Shown: piece after piece, positions 10,113-20,717 of the stretch
Position numbering within the stretch: position 1 is the first letter of the stretch
Layout: each line of letters starts with the position of its first letter
Assembly (NCBI GenBank): GCA_965219445.1
Contig: CBDCNQ010000004.1
Location: 960,001 to 1,024,000, forward strand
Reading direction: 5' to 3'
Length of the DNA stretch: 64,000 bases
Source: Longimicrobiales bacterium
Lineage (GTDB): Bacteria; Gemmatimonadota; Gemmatimonadetes; Longimicrobiales; Gaopeijiaceae
The notes under the pieces: generated by a model
Told to the model about the DNA's origin: nothing
Database searches by the model: none
The model's input: only the letters and a program-made list of their open reading frames with translations
Program-made: the position numbers and the translations under genes

Positions 10113-11240
10113 CTACAGCGCGATCACGATCTTCCCAAGGTGGCTCCCACTGGCCATGTGCTCGTATGCCGCGGGCGCGTCCTCGAAGGAAAATACCCTG
10201 TCGATGATCGGGCGCAGCCGATGTTGGGTGATGAAGGCGTTCATCGCCTCGAAGTCCTCCCTCGATCCCACGTAGATTCCCGTCACCGAAGTCCCGCGGC
10301 CGATGAACGAACCGAGGGGCATGTCGTTGGCGGAGCCCGACAGGCCTCCGATGATCGCGATATGGGCGCCGTATCCGATTGCCCGCATGGCCCTGGGCAG
10401 TGTTTCGCGGCCGCCCACTTCGAGGACTTGGGTGACGCCCGCGTCGTCGGTGATGTCCCGCACCTCGTCCTGCCACTCGAGGTTGGTCCGGTAGTTGACG
10501 GTGCCGTACGCCCCCAGCTCGCGAGCACGTACCAGCTTTGCGTCGCTCGAGCTCGTAATGATCGGCCTCGCTCCAGCGGCCACCGAGAACTGAAGCCCGA
10601 AGATGGAGACGCCGCCCGTGCCTTCCAACAGGACGAAGTCGTCTTCGGACAGATCTCCATGTTTGAAGAGCGCGTTCCACGCGGTCAGACCCGCGCAGGG
10701 GAGGGTGGCGGCCTCCTCGAACGTGAGGTGCCCCGGTATCTCGACGAGCCCGTCCTCATGACTGACGATCATCTCCGAGAGCATGCCGTCGATCGCGCCG
10801 CCTCTTGCCGATGCGTTCGTGAGGGCGCTCCGTCTTCCGTCGATCCAGCGAGCGAAGAAGGTCCCGGCCACGCGATCCCCGACCTCGAAGCGGGCGACGC
10901 CGGGTCCTACGCCGATGACCTCCCCCGCACCGTCCGAGAGAGGCACGAGGCCGGTTCGCGGGCTCCCGCCGCCATACTGCGACTCGAGGATGGAAAGGTC
11001 TCGCCGGTTCAGGGACGTGGCTCGTACTCGGACCAGGACTTCGTTGGCGCCCGGAACGGGACGGTCCACTTCCTTCATCACGAGGGCGACCTCGGCGTCG
11101 ACCATGCCGAACTGGTACTGCCGCATGGTCTCGGCCTGGGCGCCCGTGGCCGGGTCTGGACTCGCGAGCAGCGTGGCCAGCGTGCCGGCCCGCACGACCT
11201 GTTGGAAGCGAGAGGTCCTCCGGAAGAAGTTTGTCTTCAT
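10113..11240 (-). CDS. NAD(P)-dependent alcohol dehydrogenase (MDR family)
   Basis: SLNRRD, PLSDGAGEV, AATLPCAGLTAW, GTGGVS and HLGKIVI motifs. Confidence 0.9.
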   Translation of the reverse strand: MKTNFFRRTSRFQQVVRAGTLATLLASPDPATGAQAETMRQYQFGMVDAEVALVMKEVDRPVPGANEVLVRVRATSLNRRDLSILESQYGGGSPRTGLVPLSDGAGEVIGVGPGVARFEVGDRVAGTFFARWIDGRRSALTNASARGGAIDGMLSEMIVSHEDGLVEIPGHLTFEEAATLPCAGLTAWNALFKHGDLSEDDFVLLEGTGGVSIFGLQFSVAAGARPIITSSSDAKLVRARELGAYGTVNYRTNLEWQDEVRDITDDAGVTQVLEVGGRETLPRAMRAIGYGAHIAIIGGLSGSANDMPLGSFIGRGTSVTGIYVGSREDFEAMNAFITQHRLRPIIDRVFSFEDAPAAYEHMASGSHLGKIVIAL

Positions 11241-11393
11241 GACTCAGCTCACAGAGTTGTGGTCGAGGCCCATCAACATGCAGTGCTTTTCCGTGGCCGC
11301 CAAGCCGGATCAAGGGCATCTGGGGCGGGGCTTCTGCTTGCGCCTACCGGCCAACTCTCGGATGTTGACCGCAGTCTGACCCGGAGTCCGCCC

Positions 11394-14051
11394 ATGTCCG
11401 ATCCCATCGCCCGCATCAACGTAGCCCTGGAAGGCCGCTACGCCATCGAGCGAGAGCTGGGCGAGGGCGGCATGGCCACGGTCTATCTGGCCGACGACCT
11501 CAAGCACGAACGCAAGGTCGCGCTGAAGGTCCTCAGGCCCGAGCTCGCCGCGGTCGTCGGTGCCGAACGCTTCCTGGCCGAGATCAAGACGACGGCGAAC
11601 CTCCAGCACCCGCATATCCTGCCGCTGTTCGATTCGGGCGAAGCCGGCAGCTTTCTCTTCTACGTCATGCCTTACGTGGAAGGCGAGACCCTCGCGGACC
11701 GCATCGACCGCGAGAAACAATTACCGGTGGACGAGGCGATGCAGATCGCAACGGCTGTGGCGAACGCACTGGATCACGCCCATCGGAACAAGGTCATCCA
11801 CCGCGACATCAAGCCCGCCAACATCCTGCTTCAAGACGGTGAGCCGGTGGTCTCGGACTTCGGGATCGCTCTGGCGGTTGGGGTCTCTGGCGGGCGGCTG
11901 ACGGAAACCGGCCTGAGCGTGGGCACGCCCCACTACATGAGTCCCGAGCAGGCGACCGGCGACCAAACGGTCGGTGCTGCGACGGACATCTACGCTCTCG
12001 GGGCGGTTCTCTACGAGATGTTGGTTGGCGACCCGCCTTATGTGGGGAGCACGGCTCAGGCGATCCTCGGCAAGATCATCGCGGGGAAGCTCGCGTCGGC
12101 GACCGAAGAGCGGGCATCGGTCCCCAGCAACGTGGACGCGGCGATCAGAAGGGCGCTGGAGAAGCTCCCGGCAGACCGCTTCACAGGCGCACAGGACTTC
12201 GCCAAGGCGCTGGCAGATCCCGCGTTCCGGCACGGTGACGAAGCGGTCGCAACCGCCACGGCCACCGTCGGCTCGTGGAAGCGCGTGGCGATTGCCACGT
12301 CGGCACTGTCCGTGGTCCTGGCGGCGGGCCTGGGATGGGCGCTCATGGGTGACAACGCGGCACCACCCCTGACCCGCTTCACCGTTCCACCCCCGGATGG
12401 TCTCAACTTGGGTGGGGTCTGCTGCGGCCCCGTGACAGCGCTCTCCCCGGACGGGGAGTGGCTGGCCTTCGTCGGGATCGGCGGAGGTCCCGTGTATCGC
12501 CGCAGACTCGGGCAGCTCGAAGCCGAGGAGGTGCCCGGAACGGAGGGAGCCTCCATCCCGTTCTTCTCCCCGGACGGGCGCTGGCTCGGCTTCCACTCCG
12601 GCGCGCGACTCCTCAAGGTCCCGATGAGCGGCGGTCCGCCGGTACCGATCACCGAGACACCGTCGGCAGGGGGAGCCAGTTGGGGTGACAACGACGTCAT
12701 CGCGTTCGTTGACAATAGCACCGGTACCGGTGCGCTCTTCACGGTTCCGGGCGCGGGGGGCGTGGCGACTCCGGTCTTGGGGCCCAGCGACGGGGTTGAG
12801 TACAATTTTCCGTGGATGTTGCCGGGAGGCGAAGCCGCGCTCATGACGGTGCGAGCTGGTAACCCCGCGGAACTCCGCATGGTCGTCGTCGATCTGGAGA
12901 CCGGCGCGGCGGACACACTCGGGTTCGGTACGCGGGCGGCCTACGCCTCCGGCCACCTCGTCTTCTCGGGTTCGGACGGCACGCTGCTGGCCCAGCCATT
13001 CGATCCGGAGACCCGCCGCACCACGGGGCAATCCGTCGCGATCCTCGACGGCGTCGCCCTCTCGGGCCCGGGGCTCGGCCAGTTCGCGCTGTCGGCTCAG
13101 GGGGGGCTGGCGTACGAGGCCGGCGGGGGGGCGGGAGGGAATACCCTGGTCATCGAAGGCCCGGGCGGGTCTGCTGCGGTGAGCCTCCCCGAGCAAGGCA
13201 ACATCGAGGATCCCGCGTTCTCGCCCGACGGACGGCGCATCGCCATGCGGTTCGTGAACGTAGGCGAGAACCAGGACATCTGGATCTTCGACCGCGACCA
13301 GGGGACGCTCGAGCGTCTCACCGAGGAAGGCTCCCAGAACGCGGTGCCGGTGTGGACGCCCGAGGGCGCGCGTATCGCCTTCGCTAGCGTCCGAGACGGT
13401 GAGCCCCCCCAGCTCTACTGGCAGCCAGCCGACGGCAGCGGATCCGCCGAACGGCTGCTGGCGACGGACTTCCGAACGATGCCGGGCTCGTGGTCCCCGG
13501 ACGGGCAGACGCTGGCGTTCGTCGGAGAGCGCAACGGGAGCTGGGACGTCGGGCTGCTCACGCTAGGGGACTCGACGCCCCGCTGGATCCTCGAGACCGA
13601 GTTCAACGAGCTCCAGCCGCAGCTGTCGCCTGACGGGCTCTGGCTCGCATACACGTCCGGCCGCTCGGGCGAACAGGAGGTCTACGTGGAGGCCGCGAGC
13701 GGGGAAGGCCGCCGGGCCCAGGTGTCGATCGACGGAGCCCACTCCCCGCGCTGGGCGCCCGACGGCGACGTCCTCTACTACGCGACCGGGGACGGCGGCC
13801 AGGCCGGCACCATCATCGCGGCCACGGTCTCAACGGACGGGGGCTTCCGCGTAACGTCGCGCGTCGAGCGATTCGAGGTGAGCGATCTGAACAGCTTGAA
13901 CGTGCCCGGACAGGCCCCGAGCGTGAACTACGACGTGCACCCCGAGGGAGAGGAGTTCGTGCACATCAGGCTAGTGGGTGCCGGGGGACAGACTCTCATC
14001 TGGATCCTCAACTGGCCCGAGATCGTCCGGGAGATGACGAGCGTACGGTGA
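11394..14051 (+). CDS. Ser/Thr protein kinase with TM segment and TolB-like (PD40) propeller (kinase 1)
   Basis: GEGGMATVY, HRDIKPAN, DFG and GTPHYMSPEQ motifs, a TM helix and repeated FSPDG motifs. Start MSDPIARINVALEGRY matches its paralogues. Confidence 0.93.
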   Translation: MSDPIARINVALEGRYAIERELGEGGMATVYLADDLKHERKVALKVLRPELAAVVGAERFLAEIKTTANLQHPHILPLFDSGEAGSFLFYVMPYVEGETLADRIDREKQLPVDEAMQIATAVANALDHAHRNKVIHRDIKPANILLQDGEPVVSDFGIALAVGVSGGRLTETGLSVGTPHYMSPEQATGDQTVGAATDIYALGAVLYEMLVGDPPYVGSTAQAILGKIIAGKLASATEERASVPSNVDAAIRRALEKLPADRFTGAQDFAKALADPAFRHGDEAVATATATVGSWKRVAIATSALSVVLAAGLGWALMGDNAAPPLTRFTVPPPDGLNLGGVCCGPVTALSPDGEWLAFVGIGGGPVYRRRLGQLEAEEVPGTEGASIPFFSPDGRWLGFHSGARLLKVPMSGGPPVPITETPSAGGASWGDNDVIAFVDNSTGTGALFTVPGAGGVATPVLGPSDGVEYNFPWMLPGGEAALMTVRAGNPAELRMVVVDLETGAADTLGFGTRAAYASGHLVFSGSDGTLLAQPFDPETRRTTGQSVAILDGVALSGPGLGQFALSAQGGLAYEAGGGAGGNTLVIEGPGGSAAVSLPEQGNIEDPAFSPDGRRIAMRFVNVGENQDIWIFDRDQGTLERLTEEGSQNAVPVWTPEGARIAFASVRDGEPPQLYWQPADGSGSAERLLATDFRTMPGSWSPDGQTLAFVGERNGSWDVGLLTLGDSTPRWILETEFNELQPQLSPDGLWLAYTSGRSGEQEVYVEAASGEGRRAQVSIDGAHSPRWAPDGDVLYYATGDGGQAGTIIAATVSTDGGFRVTSRVERFEVSDLNSLNVPGQAPSVNYDVHPEGEEFVHIRLVGAGGQTLIWILNWPEIVREMTSVR

Positions 14052-14095
14052 CGACTTCCGATGCCGTCAGCCGCATTAACACAGCCCTAGAAGGC
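14048..14095 (+). pseudogene. 16-codon relic of a kinase N-terminus
   Basis: GTG overlapping the kinase 1 stop gives VTTSDAVSRINTALEG; compare MSDAVARPNAALEG of kinase 3. Confidence 0.7.
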
Positions 14096-14109
14096 CAAGG
14101 AGTGATGTC

Positions 14110-15782
14110 ATGAGTCGAACGCCCCTCTATGCGAATCGCGCAAAGTTCTGGAACCTGCTTCTTACGACCGTTTTCGTGGCGAGCACGACGGCATGTGCGT
14201 ATGGGGGGGACGATGGGGGAGCCGCGGTCGCGGTCACGGACGGCAGCGGTGCCGCGATGGGAAGCGTGGCCTTCCCCGTCTCGTGCGGCGAGGAGGCCAG
14301 CGCCGAGATGCGACTCGGGTTGGCGCTGCTTCACAACATGACCTATCCAGAGGCAGAGGCCGTATTCAGGCGTGCAGCCGAGTCCCGAGCCATCCTGCGC
14401 GTTGGCCTACTGGGGGCAAGCGATGACCTACCTTCACCCCCTCTGGCCGGACAATCCCACTGCGGAGCAGTTCGATCGCGGTTGGGAGCTGCTGCAGGAG
14501 GCCCGCAGTCAGGGCCTACCGACGCCGCGGGAAGAGGCGTACGTGACTGCGCTCGAGGCGTACTACCGGGATGCGAGCCAGCGGGATGAGACCACTCGGT
14601 TGGCGACCTACGAGGATGCATGGGCCCAGGTCCGCGCAGACTATCCGTCTGACCAGCGAGGCAGCCCTGTTCAGTGCCCTTGCGTTGATCGCCACCGCCT
14701 CGGGTGCCGCGGACGGGCTCGACCGGCGGGTCGACGCCGGTTCCATCGCGGAGGCGGTGCTCCAGGCCATCCCCGACCATCCGGGAGCGCACCACTATGT
14801 GATTCACGCTTTCGACATGCCTTCCCTGGCCGACCGTGCCCTTCCGGTTGCCCGGCGGTACGGGAACGTGGCGCCCGACAACTCGCACGCGTTACACATG
14901 ACCTCACACATCTTCACGAGGCGGGGCCTGTGGGGGGAGTCGATCACCTACAATACACGAGCGGCAGACTTGGCTGGGCCGGTCGACGGTGCAGTCTCAG
15001 GTCCGCGACTCCATGCCATCGACTACCTCGTGTATGCACGCCTGCAGCGTGGCGAGGATGATGCCGCTCGGGAGGTGCTCGACGGGGTGAACGCGATCGA
15101 CGGCCCCATCGAGGACCACGCGGCCGCGATCTACGCTCTTGCTGCGGTCGAGTCCAGGCTGGCGCTCGAGCGACACCGGTGGGCGGACGCCGCGGATGTG
15201 AAGGTCCGCCAACCGGCTGCCGTCGCTTGGGACAGGTATCCACACCTGGAGGCGATTCCGTGGTTCGCCCGTGCCCTGGGCGCGGCACACACCGGGGATC
15301 TGCAGGCCGCCCGCCGATCGGCTGAACGGCTCGCCGAACTTGAGACGGCCGCGGCGGGCGTCCCCGACGCGTACGATTGGGCTGCCCAGGTCAGAATCCA
15401 ACGGATGGGGGCACTGGCCTGGATCGCGCTCGCGGAGGGCCGAACAGACGAGGCCGTCTCGCTCATGACCGAGGCCGCCGAGCTCGAGGCTACCACCGAG
15501 AAGAACCCGGTCACGCCTGGAGGGGTGCTCCCTGCTGGAGAGCTTCTGGGCGACATGCTCATGGAGCTCAACCGGCACGTCGAGGCGCTGGAGGCCTATA
15601 CCGCCGAGCTGGAGCGAACCCAGAATCGGTTCAACAGCCTGTACGGGGCTGGTCTCGCTGCCGAAACCTTCGACAGGGAGATCGCCGCGGGCTACTACTA
15701 TCAGCTCCTCGAGGTGGCAGGCACGGAGGTCACGAGACTGGCGCCGCTGGAGCACGCCGAGGCGTTTCTCGCGGAGGGATAA
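14110..15782 (+). CDS. TPR-containing putative lipoprotein, split by two +1 frameshifts (~14385, ~14654)
   Basis: Three overlapping ORFs join into one family protein (LALLHNMTY / CALAYWGQAM / PDHPGAHHYVIHAFD...HALHMTSHIF). Each junction has one extra C. Confidence 0.8.
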
Positions 15783-15812
15783 GCCGTTTTAGGTTACCGC
15801 CCTCTCTCACCC

Positions 15813-18068
15813 GTGTGCCCGATCGCGACGATCGCCCGCGTGGGAGTGTTTGCCTTCGTCTGCCTGATCACTGTCCTGCCCGCTGGCGCCCAGCAGCTCT
15901 TTTCCGCGAGACCGGGTGAGGCCCCGTACGTGGTACCACGGATCGAGGGATCCATCGTCCTGGACGGAAGAATGGACGAGACGGCCTGGCAAGCCATCGA
16001 GCCCCTGCCGGCTTCCATGCATTTGCCCACGTTCGGTGCACCGCCTACCGAGCGCACCGAGTTCCGCCTCGCCTACGATGCCAGGTACTTGTACTTCTCG
16101 TGTCAGTCGCATGACTCGGATGTCGACGGCATCCGTATGTATTCGCTCGAGCGGGACGAGAGATCGTTCCGAAGCGATTTCTGCTCCATCTATATCGACA
16201 CCTTCAATGACGAAGAGAACGCGCTGCAGTTCAAAACGTCTCCCTCGGGAAATCGTACCGACTCACACCGCTCGAACGACGGCGAGGGAATCAGCAACCA
16301 GAGTTGGGACGCCTTCTGGGATGTGGCGGTGTTCAGGGACGAGAACGGATGGTTCGCCGAATTTCGCATTCCCTTTTCGAGCATGCTCTTTCAGGCGACC
16401 GACGGACGGGTGGTCATGGGTGTGTCGATGCTACGCAATATCTCTCGGAAGAACGAGCGGCACGTGCACCCGGCCATCCCGCCCGATCTGGGTACCTCCG
16501 CGTTTTCCAAACCGTCACAGATGCGCAAGATCATCCTCGAAGCGGTGGAGGAGCAGGGCAAGCCCGCCTACGTCACCCCGTACCTTCTCGGCGGCGGTGG
16601 TCATTCCCAGGTGCTCAACGAAATCGGAACGGGCTACGACCGCAGCACGGATCGAGTGGAGGAAGCGGGTCTCGACGTGCGCTACGGCCTCACGTCCAAC
16701 CTCACGCTGCAGCTTACGGTGAACACCGACTTCGCCCAGGTGGAGGCCGACGACCAGCAAGTCAACCTCACCCGCTTCTCCCTCTTTTTCCCCGAGAAAA
16801 GGCGCTTCTTCCAGGAGCGAGCGCCGAACTTCGAGTACTCGCTCGGAGGGCAGGACCGGCTATTCCACTCCCGGACCGTCGGGCTATCCGAGGGCAGGCC
16901 GGTCCGGATCTACGGCGGGGGGCGTGTGGTGGGGCGGGTCGGAGATTGGGACGTCGGCGTCCTGAACCTTCAGACCGCGGAGTCCGAAGCTCTTCCCTCG
17001 GAGAACCTAGGCGTGGCCCGCCTCCGGCGTCGCGTGTTGAACCCCAACTCCTACGTGGGCGGAATCCTGACCAGCCGGTTGGGTTCGGGGGGGCGCCGCA
17101 ACATCGTCTACGGGGCGGACGCGATCTTCCGCGTTGCGGGGAACGATTATTTGGTCCTGAACTGGGCCCAGAGTTTCGACGACCAAGAGCCGGCCACAGG
17201 ATCGGTCGGGCCCCTCGACCGAGGCATCGTGCGCTTGAACTGGGAGCGTCGGGGGTCGGATGGGCTCACCTACGCCCTCGATGTCGCCCGGACGGGAGAA
17301 CTGTTCGATCCGGGAATGGGCTTTCTTCGGCGCAGTGACTTTACGAAGGGTCAGGCCAGCTTGGGTTATGGGTGGCGTCCGGGAATCAGAGGGAGGATGT
17401 TCACCTACGCGCTCCAATTCGACGGATCAGCCTTCCGCCGCAACGACAATGGGAATATCGAGACGGCGGAAATCGAGACGAGGCTGATCCTCGAGACGTG
17501 GGGCCGACACCAAGTGAACCTTTCCGTACCGTACCGCTACGAGAACCTGGAGTCGTCGTTCCCCCTACCGGAGGGTAATTCGGTTCCAGCAGGGATCCAC
17601 CGCTTCGCCGCGGTCGGACTCCAGTACCGGTCGCCCCAGGGTGATCGGTTTCGAACCAACGTAGCCGTCGAAGGCGGGCGGTTCTTCGATGGACGGCAGG
17701 TCTCCCTGTCCGTCGGGCCGATCTGGGATCCATCTGCGCACTTGAACCTGTCCGCAAACTACCGCCTCGACTATGTGGAATTCCCCCGCCGTGACCAAAG
17801 CTTCACCTCAAATCTCGTCCGGCTCCGGATTCAGGTATCGCTCTCGACCGAGATCTCTGCCGCCTGGTTCGTCCAGTTCAGCAATACCGACCGGGAGATC
17901 GTCTCGAACCTTCGCTTTCGCTACAATCCCAGCGAAGGCAACGACCTTTACATCGTCTGGAACGAGGGCCTCGTGACGGACCGCAACTACTTCGATCCGG
18001 TGCGTCCGCTGAGCGATGAGCGGACGATCCTGATAAAATACTCCCACACCCTCCAGTTCGGCCTTTAG
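15813..18068 (+). CDS. DUF5916/CBM9-like outer-membrane protein
   Basis: LDGRMDETAW, NTDFAQVEAD, NLTRFSLFFPEKRRFF motifs and a barrel-like C-terminus. Confidence 0.85.
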   Translation: MCPIATIARVGVFAFVCLITVLPAGAQQLFSARPGEAPYVVPRIEGSIVLDGRMDETAWQAIEPLPASMHLPTFGAPPTERTEFRLAYDARYLYFSCQSHDSDVDGIRMYSLERDERSFRSDFCSIYIDTFNDEENALQFKTSPSGNRTDSHRSNDGEGISNQSWDAFWDVAVFRDENGWFAEFRIPFSSMLFQATDGRVVMGVSMLRNISRKNERHVHPAIPPDLGTSAFSKPSQMRKIILEAVEEQGKPAYVTPYLLGGGGHSQVLNEIGTGYDRSTDRVEEAGLDVRYGLTSNLTLQLTVNTDFAQVEADDQQVNLTRFSLFFPEKRRFFQERAPNFEYSLGGQDRLFHSRTVGLSEGRPVRIYGGGRVVGRVGDWDVGVLNLQTAESEALPSENLGVARLRRRVLNPNSYVGGILTSRLGSGGRRNIVYGADAIFRVAGNDYLVLNWAQSFDDQEPATGSVGPLDRGIVRLNWERRGSDGLTYALDVARTGELFDPGMGFLRRSDFTKGQASLGYGWRPGIRGRMFTYALQFDGSAFRRNDNGNIETAEIETRLILETWGRHQVNLSVPYRYENLESSFPLPEGNSVPAGIHRFAAVGLQYRSPQGDRFRTNVAVEGGRFFDGRQVSLSVGPIWDPSAHLNLSANYRLDYVEFPRRDQSFTSNLVRLRIQVSLSTEISAAWFVQFSNTDREIVSNLRFRYNPSEGNDLYIVWNEGLVTDRNYFDPVRPLSDERTILIKYSHTLQFGL

Positions 18069-18119
18069 TCTCCCACTGAATCTCGCCCCTCCAGAGTGGC
18101 TGCGATCCTGGGATCTAGC

Positions 18120-18551
18120 CTAGGGATTCGCACTGATGACAATGCGGTCCAGGCCCTCGTGCTCGAGTTCGTTTGCCCCCGCGGGATAGCTGTTGGCACT
18201 GAGAACGAAGGCCATGATGTCTCGATAGGTTTGTGCCGACAGAGTGCCGGGTCGATCGGGCGGCATCCGTTCTTGGATTCGCTCGAACAAGGCACCCAAA
18301 GTGAATCCGCCCCAGAGAAACGCGAAGCTCTGTCCGACGAGGCTCGGCGAAGTATTGTCGCCCCGCAGGTCCGGCGCGTGATACCCGGAGCACGACATCG
18401 TGTACTCAACCCGTCCACGCTCGGCCTGGGCCTCGCTATAGACCCCGTCCCACACAGTGCGCTGAGCGTCGGCCGGTGTTTCTTGCGCGTAGGCGGGACT
18501 CGTAGTGGCGAAAACGAGCGACATGGTCAGGAGCCTCTCCCATCGCTTCAT
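18120..18551 (-). CDS. Small cytochrome c-like partner of a PQQ dehydrogenase; heme motif reads CSGYH
   Basis: TVWDGVYSEAQAERG...C..YH..DLRG...MPPDRPG motifs; start overlaps the stop of the upstream PQQ dehydrogenase. Confidence 0.8.
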   Translation of the reverse strand: MKRWERLLTMSLVFATTSPAYAQETPADAQRTVWDGVYSEAQAERGRVEYTMSCSGYHAPDLRGDNTSPSLVGQSFAFLWGGFTLGALFERIQERMPPDRPGTLSAQTYRDIMAFVLSANSYPAGANELEHEGLDRIVISANP

Positions 18552-20253
18552 CAGTTGCCGTCCGGCAACGCAAAGACGTAGATGGAGTTCCCGTGGTTCG
18601 GGCGGTGAATCTCGGGAATCAACTCGCTTGGAATCAGGTTGCTCCAGCTCGCGCCACCGACTCCCGCCGGCACGGCCAAGTACTGTTTCCCGTTCGCCAA
18701 GTACGTCACGGGAAATCCTTGCGCCGAGGTGGCCAGGCGGGTTTGCCAAAGGATCTCTCCGTCGGTTGCGTCATAGGCGTACACATGACGATCCCAATCG
18801 CCCGCGAACACGAGGCCGCCGCCCGTCGTGAGGGCTGCTGTGTTGATCGGCGACACCGTGCGATGGCGCCACAGGGGTTCCCCGGACCTGATGTCCAGCG
18901 CCTGGAGCTGGCCCAGATGATCCGGGGCGTCGGGATGCCTGTAGTCGGCCCGCCTCACCGGACCCGTTCCGCCTCCGCCGATGACCCGCTCGGTCGGGCC
19001 AAAGGTGGCCCGCTCGCAGTTGAGCGTCATGGGGATGTACAGCGCGTTGGTTTCCGGGCTGAATGCGATCGCACGCCAACTCTTGAACCCCGACGTGCTC
19101 GGGCACATCGTCATTTCGACGCCGATCTCGGGGATCCTGTCCGCTAGATAAGTGACCTCGCCGGTTTCGGGATCCACATCCACGATGTTCTGATATCCGA
19201 GATCGGTGGCGTGGATGAACGCGCCGGTTTCCCGATTGAGCTGCCAGAGAATCGCCAGCTTGCCCATCTTGAATAATGACGGCTGCCCTCCGACGTCGAT
19301 CAGGATGTTCTCGAACCCGTCGTCCATGTCGTTCGTCTCACCGGGAAGGTGCTGGTAGTACCAGACCAATTCTCCGGTGTCCGGATCGAGCGCGAGCGTC
19401 GAATTGGTATAGAGGGCATCGCCATCCGTGCCCCGGACCGACCGGGCCCACGGTTTGGCCTGGGACGTGCCCCAGTAGACCAAATTGGCGTCTGGGTCGT
19501 AGCTACCCGTGATCCACGCGTCGCTGCCCGCCCTGAACTCCAGTGGCAAGTCGCCCCACGTGTCGCCGCCGGGCTCGCCCGGAAGGGCAACGGTCGCTGT
19601 TCGCCACTTTTCCTCGCCGGTGGCCGCTTCGAGCCCCGCGATGAAACAGACATCCTCCTTGTATCGCTCACAGCCGGTGATCCCGGCGATCACCGTGCCT
19701 CGAACCACGATCGGGCCCGCCGAGTACCCGTAGCCCAGACTCGAGTCCGCCGTCTCCGTGTCCCACACGACCTGCCCCGTCCTCGCGTCCAGAGCGACGA
19801 TATGCGCACCGCGTGTGGTCCCGAAGATCTTGTCACCGTAAATGGCGATGCTCTTTTGAGCTCCGCTTCCCCCGCCGGTCCCGTCGGGGTCGACTTCCGG
19901 ACGGTATTCCCAAATCAGGTCTCCCGTCGCTGCGTCGAGCGCCTGAATGACGTCGTGGGGATTCGGCAGGTACATGATCCCGTCGTACACGAGAGGCGTC
20001 GCCTCCTGCGCGCCGCCGTCGTCCATGGCCCACGACCATGCGAGCTGAAGCTGGCCGACGTTGTCCCGGTCGATCTCATCGAGCGGGCTGTACCCCCAGC
20101 GTTGTCGGTGCGCCTCCAGTTGAGCCAGTCCCCGGGGGCAGGGTTGCGTAGCGCTTCCTCTGTAACCGGACGGAAGTCGGTCACTTGAGCCGTGAGACCG
20201 GGGCTCCCTAGCAACACCACCACCGAAAACGGGACAAGGGACCGGACGATCAT
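18551..20253 (-). CDS. PQQ-dependent dehydrogenase, -1 frameshift near 20099
   Basis: The N-terminal ORF (WLNWRRTDNA) joins WGYSPLDEID in another frame; propeller motifs and YLANGKQYLAV. Confidence 0.85.
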
Positions 20254-20268
20254 CGGTTGCCCTCTCTT

Positions 20269-20514
20269 TCAGCCGACGATCTGCGGTATCAGCGTCCCCT
20301 CAACGTCCGTGAGCCGCCAGTCGCGGCCACTGAATCGATACGTCAGCTCCCTGTGGTCCATGCCGAGCAGGTGTAGCATCGTCGCGTGCAGGTCGTGCGC
20401 CGAGACTGGCTGCTCCAGAGCCTTGTAGCCGAAGTCGTCGCTCGAGCCGATGACCTGCCCCCCGCGGATTCCCGCGCCGGCCATCCGACCGACGGACGTC
20501 TGGAGTGCGTGCAT
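20269..20514 (-). pseudogene. C-terminal fragment of a DUF1501-family protein
   Basis: MAGAGIRGGQVIGSSDDFG...HDLHATMLHLLGMDHRELTYRFSGRDWRLTDVEG is the DUF1501 C-terminus; the N-terminal bulk is absent. Confidence 0.75.
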
Positions 20515-20717
20515 TGCCACCTCGCCTTGATCCCCTCTCCCGAAACCGCCGATCAGGGTTGTTCGGGCAAGAAAGGGATTCGTTGAGCCAGAATAGGTGG
20601 CTTCGCGCTCGTCACGCAAGGAAAGAACGCAGCCCCGCGGCCCTCGAAAAAAGCCGCTACGCGATCGAGCGTGAGCTGGGGTGAGGGCGGCATGCGGTCC
20701 CGAAGGTCCGTAATCGA

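Noticed and set aside
10008..11393. 1347-aa ORF suggesting a giant N-terminal extension on kinase 1
   Set aside because: The extension is the antisense shadow of the alcohol dehydrogenase gene; paralogues start at the equivalent of ATG 11394.
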